NCBI RefSeq assembly: GCF_009914755.1
Contig: NC_060928.1
Source of the DNA: the human T2T-CHM13v2.0 reference genome, Homo sapiens
Reading direction: 5' to 3' (one strand)
Length of the DNA stretch: 64,000 bases
Of the stretch, positions 28,401 to 42,120 are shown piece by piece; the stretch's first letter is position 1, and every line of letters begins with the position of its first letter. The notes beneath the pieces were generated by a model, which was given only the letters and a program-made list of their open reading frames with translations, was not told the origin of the DNA and searched no databases. Made by a program: the position numbers and the translations under genes.

Positions 28401-30769
28401 TTATGTACAGTATATAATACATACTTTGGGTACTTTGATATTTTATGTACAGTATACAATATATACTTTGACTACTTTGATATTTTATGTCCAATATAGA
28501 ATACATAGTTTTGGTAGTTTGAAATTTTATGTACAGTATATAGTTTGAGTACATTGATATTTTATGTACACTTTAGTATAAATGTTTGGATACTTTCATA
28601 TTTTATGTACAGTATATAATACATACTTTGGGCACTTTGATATTTTATGTACAGTATACAATACATACTTTGGGTACTTTGATATTTTATGTACAGTATA
28701 TAATACATAATTTGGGTACTTTGATATTTTATGTACAGTATATAATGCATACTTTGGGTACTTTGATGTTTTATGTACAGTATATAATACATACTTAGGG
28801 TACTTTGACATTTTATGTGCAGTATATAATACATACTTTGGATACTTTGTTATTTTAAGTACAGTATGTAATACATACTTTGGGTACTTTGATATTTTAT
28901 GTACAGTATATAATACATACTTTGGTACTTTTATATTTCATGTACAGTATATAATATATAGTTTGGGTACTTTGATATTTTATGTGCAGTATATAATACA
29001 TACTTTGGGTACTTTGATATTTTATGTACGGTATATAATACATACTTTGGGTACTTTGATATATTATGTACAGTATATAATACATACTTTGGGTACTTTG
29101 ATATATTATGTACAGTATATAATACATACTTAGGGTACTTTGACATTTTATGTACAGTACTTAATACATACTTTGGGTACTTTGATATTTTATGTACAGT
29201 ATATAATACATACTTTGGGTACTTTGATATTTTATGTACAATATATAATACATACGTTGGGTACTTTGATATTTTATGTACAGTATATAATACATATTTT
29301 GGGTAGTTTTATATTTTATGTACAGTATATAATATATAGTTTGAGTCCTTTTTTTTATGTACTGTATAAAATATATAGTTTTGATACTTTGATATTTTAT
29401 GTACAGTATATAGTTTGAATACTTTGATATTTTATGTACAGTTTTTTATAAATGTTTGGGTGCTTTCATATTTTATGTACAGTATATAATACATACAAAG
29501 GGCACTTTGATATTTTATGTACAGTATATAATACATACTTTGGGTACTCTGATATTTTATGTACAGTGTATAATACATACTTTGGGTACTTTGATATTTT
29601 ATGTACAATATATAATACATACTTTGGGAACTTTGATATATTACATACAGTATATAATACATACTTTGGGTACTTTGATATTTTATCTACAGTATACAAC
29701 ACATAGTTTGTGTACTTTGATATTTTATGTACAGTATATAATACATACTTTGGGTACTTTGATATTGTATGTACAGTATATAATACATAGTTTGGGTACT
29801 TTCATATTTTTTGTACAGTATATAATATATAGTTTGTGTGCTTTCATATTTTATGTACAATATATAATACATACTAAGGACACTTTGATATTTTATGTAC
29901 AGTGTATAATACATACTTTGGGTAATTTGATATTTTATGTACGTCATATAATATATAGTTTGTGTACTTTGATATTTTATGTACAGTATATAATACATAC
30001 CTTGTGTACTTTGATATTTTATGAACAGTATATAATATATAGTTTGTGTATTTTGATATTTTATGTACAGTATATAATACATACTTTGTGTACTTTGATA
30101 TTTTATGTACAGTATATAATACATACTTTGGCAACTTTGATATTTTATGTACAGTATGTAAAACATATTTTTGGTACTTTGATATTTTATGTACAGTATA
30201 TAATACATACTATTGGTACTTTGATATTTTATGTACAGTATACAATGTATAGTTTGAGTACTTTGATATTTTGTGTAAAGTATAAAATATATAGATTTCG
30301 TACTTTGATATTTTATGTACAGAATATAGTTTGAGTACTTTGATATTTTTTGTACACTTTATTATAAAAGTTTGGGTACTTTCATATTTTACGTACAGTA
30401 TATAATACATACTTTGGGCACTTTGATGTTTTATGTACAGTATGTAATACATACTTTGGGTTCTTTTATATTTTATGTACAGCATATAATACATAATTTG
30501 GGGACTTTTATATTTTATGTACATTATATTATACATACTTTGGGTACTTTTATATTTTATATACGGTATATAATACATACTTTGGGTACTTTGATATATT
30601 ATGTACCGTATATAATACATACTTTGGGTACTTTGATATATTATGTACAGTATATAATACATACTAAGGGTACTTTGACATTTTATGTACAGTACATAAT
30701 ACTTACTTTGGGTACTTTGATATATTATATACAGTATATAATGCATACTTTGGATACTTTGATATTTTA

Positions 30770-33270
30770 TGTATAGTATATAATACATACTTTGGGTACT
30801 TTGATATTTTATGTACAGTATGTAATACATAATTTGGGTAATTTAATATTTTATATATAGTATGTAATACATACTTTGGGTACTTTGATATTTTATGGAC
30901 AGTGTATAATACATACTTTGGGTACTTTGATATTTTATGTACAGTGTATAATATATAGTTTGGGTACTTTGATATTTTATATACAGTATATAATACATAC
31001 TTTGGGTACTTTGATATTTTATGTACAGTATATAATATATAGTTTGGGTACTTTGATATTTTATGTACGGTATATAATACATACTTTGGGTACTTTGATA
31101 TTTTATTTACAGTATATAATACATGCTTTGGGTACTTTGATATTTTATGTACATTATATAATACATACTTTGGGTACTTTGATATTTTATGTACAGTATA
31201 CAATATATAGTTTGAGTACTTTGATATTTTATGTGCAGTATAAAATATATAGTGTTGGTAGTTTGATATTTTATGTACAGTATATATTTTGAGTACTTTG
31301 ATATTTTATGTACAGTTTATTATAAATGTTTGGGTACTTTCATATTTGATGTACAGTATATAATACATAATTTGGGCACTTTGATATTTTATGTACAGTA
31401 TATAATACATACTTTGGGTACCTTTATATTTTATGTACAGTATATAATACATACTTTGGGTACTTTGATATTTAATGTACAGTATATAATACACACTTTG
31501 AGTACTTTGATATTTTATGTAACGTATGTAATACATATTTTGGGTAGTTTGATATTTTATGTACAGTATGTAGTACACACTTTGGGTACTTTGATATTTT
31601 ATGTACAGTATGTAAAACATACTTTGGGTACTTTGATATTTTATGTACAGTATGCAATATATAGTTTGAGTACTTTGATATTTTATGTACTGTTTATTAT
31701 AAATGTTTGGGTAGTTTCATATTTGATGTACTGTATATAATACATAATTTGGGCACTTTGATATTTTATGTACAGTATATAATACATACTTTGGGTAATT
31801 TTATATTTTATGTACAATATATAATACATACTTTGGGTACTTTGATATTTAATGTACAGTATATAATGCACACTTTGCGTACTGTGATATTTTATGTAAA
31901 GTATGTAATACATACTGTGGGTAGTTTGATATTTTATGTACAGTATGTAATACACACTTTGGGTACTTTGATATTTTATGTATAGTATATAATACATACT
32001 TTGGGTACTTTGATATTTTATGTACAGTATGTAATACATAATTTGGGTAATTTAATATTTTATGTATAGTATATAATACATACTTTGGGTACTTTGATAT
32101 TTTATGGACAGTGTATAATACATACTTTGGGTACTTTGATATTTTATGTACAGTGTATAACATATAGTTTGGGTACTTTGATATTTTATATACAGTATAT
32201 AATACTTACTTTGGGTACTTTGATATTTTATATACAGTATATAATATATAGTTTGGGTACTTTGATATTTTATATATGGTATATAATACATACTTTGGGT
32301 ACTTTGATATTTTATGTACAGTATATAATACATACTTTGGGTACTTTGATATTTTATGTACAGTATACAATATATAGTTTGAGTACTTTGATATTTTATG
32401 TGCAGTATAAAATATATAGTGTTGGTAGTTTGATGTTTTATGTACAGTATATATTTTGAGTACTTTGATATTTTATGTACAGTTTATTATAAATGTTTGG
32501 GTACTTTCATATTTGATGTACAGTATATAATACATAATTTGGGCACTTTGATATTTTATGTACAGTATATAATACATACTTTGGGTACTTTTATATTTTA
32601 TGTACAGTATATAATACATACTTTGGGTACTTTGATATTTAATGTACAGTATATAATACACACTTTGCGTACTTTGATATTTTATGTAACGTATGTAATA
32701 CATACTTTGGGTAGTTTGATATTTTATGTACAGTATGTAGTACACACTTTGGGTACTTTGATATTTTATGTACAGTATGTAAAACATACTTTGGGTACTT
32801 TGATATTTTATGTACAGTATATAATATATAGTTTGGGTACTTTGATATTTTATATACAGTATATAATACATACTTTTGGTACTTTGATATTTTATGTACA
32901 GTATATAATACATACTTTGGGTACTTTGATATTTTATGTACAGTATGCAATATATAGTTTGAGTACTTTGATATTTTATGTACAGTTTATTATAAAAGTT
33001 TGGGTAGTTTCATATTTGACGTACAGTATATAATACATAATTTGGGCACTTTGATATTTTATGTACAGTATATAATACATACTTTGGGTAATTTTATATT
33101 TTATGTACAGTATATATTACATACTTTGGGTACTTTGATATTTAATGTACAGTACATAATGCACACTTTGCGTACTGTGATATTTTATGTAAAGTATGTA
33201 ATACATACTGTGGGTAGTTTGATATTTTATGTACAGTATGTAATACACACTTTGGGTACTTTGATATTTT
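30770..33270. repeat. About 1.2-kb imperfect tandem duplication (offsets 1209, 1167 and 1293), with a partial third copy near 34260-34500
   Basis: Private variant TATGGACAGTG at about 30897, 32106 and 34357. ORF pairs 30876/32085, 31273/32440 and 31707/33000. Shared GTAACGTATG and CATACTGTGG variants. Confidence 0.8.
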
Positions 33271-35436
33271 ATGTACTGTATGTAAAACATACTTTGGGTA
33301 GTTTGATATTTTATGATGAGTATATAATACACATTTTGGGTACTTTGATATTTTATGTACAGTGTATAATACATACTTTGGGTACTTTGATATTTTATGT
33401 ACAGGATATAATGCATATTTTGGGTACTTTGATAGTTTATGTACAGTATATAATACATACTTTGGGTACTTTGATATTTTATGTATAGTATAAAATATAT
33501 AGTTCGGGTAGTTTGATATTTTATGTACAGTATGTAAAACATACTTTGGGGAGTTTGATATTTTATGAACAGTATATAATACACATTTTGTGTACTTTGA
33601 TATTTTATGTACAGTATATAATACATACTTTGGGTACTTTGATATTTTATGTACAGTATATATTACATACTTTGGGTACTTTGATATTTTATGTACAGTA
33701 TACAATATATAGTTTGAGTACTTTGATATTTTATGTACTGTATAAAATATATAGTTTTGGTAGTTTGATGTTTTATGTACAGTATATATTTTGAGTACTT
33801 TGATATTTTATGTACAGTTTATTATAAACGTTTCGGTACTTTCATATTTTACGTACAGTATATAATACATACTTTGGGCACTTTGATGTTTTATGTACAG
33901 TATATAATACATACTTTGGGTTCTTTCATATTTTATGTACACCATATAATACATAATTTGGGGACTTTTATATTTTATGTACATTATATTATACATACTT
34001 TGGGTACTTTTATTTTTTATGTACGGTATATAATACATACTTTGGGTACTTTGATATATTATGTACAGTATATAATACATACTTTGGGTACTTTGATATA
34101 TTATGTACAGTATATAATACATACTAAGGGTACTTTGACATTTTATGTACAGTACATAATACATACTTTGGGTACTTTGACATTTTATGTACAGTATATA
34201 ATGCATACTTTGGATACTTTTATATTTTATGTACAGTATATAATACATACTTTGGGTACTTTGATATTTTATGTACAGTATGTAATACATAATTTGGGTA
34301 CTTTAATATTTTACGTATAGTATATAATACATACTTTGGGTACTTTGATATTTTATGGACAGTGTATAATACATACTTTGGGTACTTTGATATTTTGTGT
34401 ACAGTATATAATATATAGTTTGGGTACTTTGACATTTTATATACAGTATATAATACATACTTTGGGTACTTTGATATTTTGTGTACAGTATATAATACAT
34501 ACTTTTGGTACTTTGATATTTTATGCACAGTATACAATATATAGTTTGAGTACTTTGATATTTTATGTACTGTATAAAATATATAGTTTTGGTACTTTGA
34601 TATTTTATGTACAGTATATAGTTTGAGTACTTTGATATTTTATGTACAGTTTGTTAAAAATGTTTGGGTGCTTTCATATTTTATGTACAGTATATAATAC
34701 ATACTTTGGGCACTTTGATATCTTATGTACAGTACATAATACATATTTTGGGTACTCTGACATTTTATGTACAGTGTATAATACATAATTTGTGTACTTT
34801 GATATTTTATGTACAGTATATAATACATACGTTGGGTACTTTGATATATTATGTACAGTATATAATACATACTTTGGGTACTTTGATATTTTATGTACAG
34901 TATATAATCCATAGTTTGTGTACTTTGATATTTTATGTACAGTATATAATACATACTTTGGGTACTTTGATATTTTATGTACAGTATATAATACATACTT
35001 TGGGTACTTTCATGTTTTATGTACAGTATATAATATATAGTTTGGGTACTTTGATATTTTATGTACGGTATATAATACATACTTTGGGTACTTTGATATT
35101 TTATGTACAGTATATAATACATAATTTGGGTACTTTGATATTTTATGTACAGTATACAATATATAGTTTGAGTACTTTGATATTTTATGTGCAGTATAAA
35201 ATATATAGTGTTGGTAGTTTGATGTTTTATGTACAGTATATATTTTGAGTACTTTGATATTTTATGTACGGTATATAATACATACTTTGGGAACTTTGAT
35301 ATTTTATGTACAGTATGTAAAACATACTTTGGGTACTTTGATATTTTATGTACAGGATATAATGCATACTTTGGGTTCTTTGATAGTTTATGTACAGTAT
35401 ATAATACATACTTTGGGTACTTTGATATTTTATGTA

Positions 35437-38400
35437 TAGTATAAAATATATAGTTTGGGTACTTTGATATTTTATGTACAGTATGTAAAAGATACTTTGG
35501 GGAGTTTGATATTATATGTACAGTATGTAAAACATACTTTGGGGAGTTTGATATTTTATGAACAGTATATAATACACATTTTGTGTACTTTGATATTTTA
35601 TGTACAGTATATAATACAAACTTTGGGTTCTTTGATATTTTATGTACAGAATATAATGCATAGTTTTAGGTACTTTTATATTTTATGTACAGTATATAAT
35701 ACATATTTTGGGTACTTTGATATTTTATGTACAGTATATAATACATACTTTGGGAACTTTGATATTTTATGTACAGTATGTAATACATACTTTGGGTACT
35801 TTGATATTTTATGTACAGTATATAATACATACTATTGGTACTTTGATATTTTATGTACAGTATACAATATATAGTTTGAGTACTTTGATATTTTATGTCC
35901 AGTATAAAATATATAGATTTCATACTTTGATATTTTTGTACTGAATGTAGTTTGAGCACTTTGATATTTTATGTACACTTTATTATAAAAGTTTGGGTAC
36001 TTTGATATTTTACGTACAGTATATAATACATAATTTGGGCACTTTGATGTTTTATGTACAGTATATAATACATACTTTGGGTTCTTTGATATTTTATGTA
36101 CAGCATATAATACATAATTTGGGGACTTTTATATTTTATGTACATTATATTATACATACTTTGGGTACTTTTATATTTTATGTACGGTATATAATACACA
36201 CTTTGGGTACTTTGATATATTATGTACAGTATATAATACATACTTTGGGTACTTTGATATATTATGTACAGTATATACTACATACTAAGGGTACTTTGAC
36301 ATTTTATGTACAGTACATAATACATACTTTGGGTACTTTGATATTTTATGTACAGTATATAATGCATACTTTGGATACTTTGATATTTTATGTACAGTAT
36401 ATAATACATTCTTTGGGTACTTTTATATTTTATGTACAGTATATAATATATAGTTTGGGTACTTTGATATTTTATGTACGGTATATAATACATACTTTGG
36501 GTACTTTGATATTTTATGTACAGTATATAATACATACTTTGGGTACTCTGATATTTTATGTACAGTATAAAATATATAGTTTGAGTACTTTGATATTTTA
36601 TGTACTGTATAAAATATATAGTTTTCGTACTTTGATATTTTATGTACAGTATATAGTTTGAGTACTTTGATATTTTATGTACCGTTTTTTATAAATGTTT
36701 GGGTGCTTTCATATTTTATGTACAGTATATAATACATAAAAAGGGCACTTTGATATTTTATGTACAGTATATAATACATACTTTGGGTACTCTGATATTT
36801 TATGTACAGTGTATAATACATACTTTGGGTACTTTGATATTTTATGTACAATATATAATACATACGTTGGGAACTTTGATATATTATGTACAGTATATAA
36901 TACATACTTTGGGTACTTTGATATTTTATCTACAGTATACAACACATAGTTTGTGTACTTTGATATTTTATGTACAGTATATAATACATACTTTGGGTAC
37001 TTTCATATTTTATGTACAGTATATAATGCATAGTTTGGTTACTTTGATATTTTATCTACAGCTTGTAATACATACTTTGGATAGTTTGATACTTTATGTA
37101 CAGTATATAATACATACTTTGGGTACTTTGATATTTTATGTACAGTATACAATATATAGTTTGAGTACTTTGATATTTTATGTGCAGTATAAAATATATA
37201 GTTTTGGTACTTTCATATTTTATGTACAGTATATAGTTTGAGTACTTTGATATTTTATGTACAGTTTTTTATAAATGTTTGGGTGCTTTCATATTTTATG
37301 TACAGTATATAATACATACTAAGGGCACTTTGATATTTTATGTACAGTATATAATACATACTTTGGGTACTTTGATATTTTATGTACGTCATATAATATA
37401 TAGTTTGGGTACTTTGATATTTTATGTACAGAATATAATACATACCTTGGGTACTTTGATATTTTATGTACAGTATATAATATATAGTTTGGGTATTTTG
37501 ATATTTTATGTACAGTATATAATACATACTTTGGGTACTTTGATATTTTATGTACAGTATATAATACATACTTTGGGAACTTTGATATTTTATGTACAGT
37601 ATGTAAAACATACTTTGGGTACTTTGATATTTTATGTACAGTATATAATACATACTATTGGTACTTTGATATTTTATGTCCAGTATAAAATATATAGATT
37701 TCGTACTTTGATATTTTATGTACAGAATATAGTTTGAGTACTTTGATATTTTATGTACAATTTATTATAAAAGTTTGGGTACTTTCATATTTTACGTACA
37801 GTATATAATACATACTTTGGGCACTTTGATGTTTTATGTACAGTATATAATACATACTTTAGGTTCTTTTATATTTTATGTACAGCATATACTACAAAAT
37901 TTGGGGACTTTTATATTTTATGTACATTATATAATACATACTTTGGGTACTTTTATATTTTATGTACGGTATATAATACATACTTTGGGTACTTTGATAT
38001 ATTATGTACAGTATATAATACATACTTTGGGTAATTTGATATATTATGTACAGTATATAATACATACTTAGGGTACTTTGACATTTTATGTACAGTATAT
38101 AATACATACTTTGGGTATTTTGATATTTTATGAACAGTATATAATACATACTTTGGGTACTTTGATATTTTATGTACTGTATATAATACATACTTTGGGT
38201 ACTTGTATATTTTATGTACAGTATATAATATATAGTTTGGGTACTTTGATATTTTATGTACGGTATATAATACATACTTTGGGTACTTTGATATTTTATG
38301 TATAGTATATAATACATACTTTGGGTACTTTGATATTGTATGTACAGTATACAATACATAGTTTGAGTACTTTGATATTTTATGTACTGTATAAAATATA

Positions 38401-40200
38401 TAGTTTTGGTACTTTGATATTTTATGTATAGTATATAGTTTGAGTACTTTTATATTTTATGTACAGTTTTTTATAAATATTTGGGTGCTTTCATATTTTA
38501 TGTACAGTATATAATACATACTAAGCGCACTTTGATATTTTATGTACAGTATATAATACATACTTTGGTTACTCTGATATTTTATGTACAGTGTATAATA
38601 CATACTTTGGGTACTTTGATATTTTATGTACAATATATAATACATACGTTGGGAACTTTGATATATTATGTACAGTATATAATTCATACTTTGGGTACTT
38701 TGATATTTTATGTACAGTATATAATACATAGTTTGTGTACTTTGATATTTTATGTACAGTATATAATACATACTTTGGGTACTTTGATATTTTATATACA
38801 GTATATAATACATACTTTGGGTACTTTCATATTTTATGTACAGTATATAATATATAGTTTGGGTACTTTGATATTTTATCTACAGCTTATAATACATACT
38901 TTGGGTACTTTGATATTTTATGTACAGTATATAATACATACTTTGGGTAGTTTGATATTTTATGTACAGTATACGATATATAGTTTGAGTACTTTGATAT
39001 TTTATGTGCACTATAAAATATATAGTTTTGGTACTTTGATATTTTATGTACAGTTTATAGTTTGAGTACTTTGATATTTTATGTACAGTTTATTATAAAT
39101 GTTTGGGTACTTTCATATTTGATGTACAGTATATAATACATAATTTGGGGACTTTGATATTTTATGTACAGTATATAATACATACTTTGGGTACTTTTCT
39201 ATTTTATGTACAGTATATAATACATACTTTGGGTACTTTGATATTTAATGTACAGTATATAATACACACTTTCCGTACCTTGATATTTTATGTAAAGCAT
39301 GTAATACATACTTTGGGCAGTTTGATATTTTATGTACAGTATGTAATACACACTTTGGGTACTTTGATATTTTATGTACAGTATGTAAAACATACTTTGG
39401 GTAGTTTGATATATTATGTACAGTATATAATACATACTTTGGGTACTCTGATATTTTATGTACAGTGTATAATACATACTTTGGGTACTTTGATATTTTA
39501 TGTACAGTATATAATACATACATTGGGTACTTTGATATATTATGTACAGTATATAATACTTACTTGGGGTACTTTGATATTTTATGTACAGTATATAATA
39601 CATACTTTGTGTACTTTGATATTTTATGTACAGTATATAATACATACTTTGGGTACTTTGATATTTTATGTACAGTATATAATACATACTTTGGGTATCT
39701 TGATATTTTATGTACAGTATATAATGCATACTTTGGGTACTTTGATATTTTATGTACAGTATATAATGCATACTTTGAGTACTTTGATATTTTATGTACA
39801 GTATGTAATACATACTTTGGGTACTTTGATATTTTATGTATAGTATATAATACATACTTTGTGTAGTTTGATATTTTATGTACAGTATACAATATATAGT
39901 TTGAGTACTTTGATATTTTATGTCCAGTATAAAATATATAGTTTTCCTAATTGATATTTTATGTACAGAATATAGTTTGAGTACTTTGATATTTTATGTA
40001 CACTTTATTATAAATGTTTGGGTACTTTCATATTTTATGTACAGTATATAATACATACTTTGGTCTCTTTGATGTTTTATGTACAGTATATAATACATAC
40101 TTTGGGTTCTTTGATATTTTATGTGCAGAATATAATGCATAGTTTTAGGTACTTTTATATTTTATGTACAGTATATAATACATACTTTGGGTACTTTGAT
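35437..40200. repeat. Distant near-identical copy of about 1953-6760 (offset 33484, then 33442)
   Basis: ORF pairs 1971/35455, 2509/35993 and 3215/36699 (one monomer shorter), then 3837/37279, 4333/37775, 5661/39103 and 6576/40018. Confidence 0.9.
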
Positions 40201-42120
40201 ATTTTATGTACAGTATATAATACATACTTTGGATACTTTGATATTTTATATACAGTATATAATACATATTATTGGTACTTTGATATTTTATGTACAGTAT
40301 ACAATATATAGTTTGAGTACTTTGATATTTTATGTCCAGTATAAAATACATAGATTTCATACTTTGATATTTTATGTACAGAATATAGTTTGAGTACTTT
40401 GATATTTTATGTACACTTTATCATAAAAGTTTGGGTACTTTCATATTTTACGTACAGTATATAATACATACTTTGGGCACTTTGATGTTTTATGTACAGT
40501 ATATAATACATACCTTGGGTCCTTTGATATGTTATGTACAGCATATAGTACATAATTTGGGGACTTTTATATTTTATGTACATTATATAATACATACTTT
40601 GGGTACTTTTATATTTTATGTACGGTATATAATACATACTTTGGGTACTTTGATATATTATGTACAGTATATAATACATACTTTGGGTACTTTGATATAT
40701 TATGTACAGTATATAATACATACTTAGGGTACTTTGACATTTTATGTACAGTACATAATACATACTTTGGGTACTTTGATATTTTATGTACAGTATATAA
40801 TACATACTTTGGGTACTTTGATATTTTATGTACAGTATATAATACATGTTTTGGGTACTTTTACATTTTATGTACAGTATATAATATATAGTTTGGGTAC
40901 TTTGATATTTTATGTACGGTATATAATACATACTTTGGGTACTTTGATATTTTATGTACAGTATATAATACATACTTTGGGTACTTTGATATTTTATGTA
41001 CAGTATATAATACATACTTTGGGTACTTTGATATTTAATGTACAGTATATAATACACACTTTGCGTACTTTGATATTTTATGTAAAGTATGTAATACATA
41101 CTTTGGGTACTTTGATATTTTATGTACAGTATGTAATACACGCTTTGGGTACTTTGATATTTTATGTAGAGTACGTAAAACATACTTTGGGTAGTTTGGT
41201 ATTTTATGATCAGTATATAATACATATTTTGGGTACTTTGATATTTTATGTACAGTATATAATACCTACTTTGGGTACTTTGATATTTTATGTACAGTAT
41301 ATAATGCATAATTTGGGTACTTCAATAGTATATGCACAGTATATAATACATACTTTGGGTAATTTGATATTTTATGTACAGTATATAATGCATACATTGG
41401 GTACTTTGATATTTTATGTACAGTATATAATATGTAGTTTGGGTACTTTGATATTTTAACTACAGTATATAATACATACTTTGGGTACTTTGATATTTTA
41501 TCTACAGTATATAATAGATACTTTGGGTACTTTGATATATTATGTACAGTATATAATACATAGTTTGGTTACTTTGATATTTTTTGTACAGTATGTAAAA
41601 CATACTTTGGGGAGTTTGATATTTTATGAACAGTATATAATACACATTTTGGGTACTTTGATATTTTATGTGCGGTATATAATACATACCTTGGGTACTT
41701 TGATATTTTATGTACAGTATATAATTCATACTTTGGGTACTTTGATATTTTATGTACAGTATATAATACATACTTTGGGTACTTTGATATTTTATGAACA
41801 GTATATAATACATACTTTGAGTACTTTGATATTTTATGTACTGTATATAATACATACTTTGGGTACTTTTATATTTTATGTACAGTATATAATATATAGT
41901 TTGGGTACTTTGATATTTTATGTACGGTATATAATACATACTTTGGGTACTTTGATATTTTATGTATAGTATATAATACATACTAAGCGCACTTTGATAT
42001 TTTATGTACAGTATATAATACATACTTTGGTTACTCTGATATTTTATGTACAGTGTATAATACATACTTTGGGTACTTTGATATTTTATGTATAGTATAT
42101 AGTTTGAGTACTTTGATATT

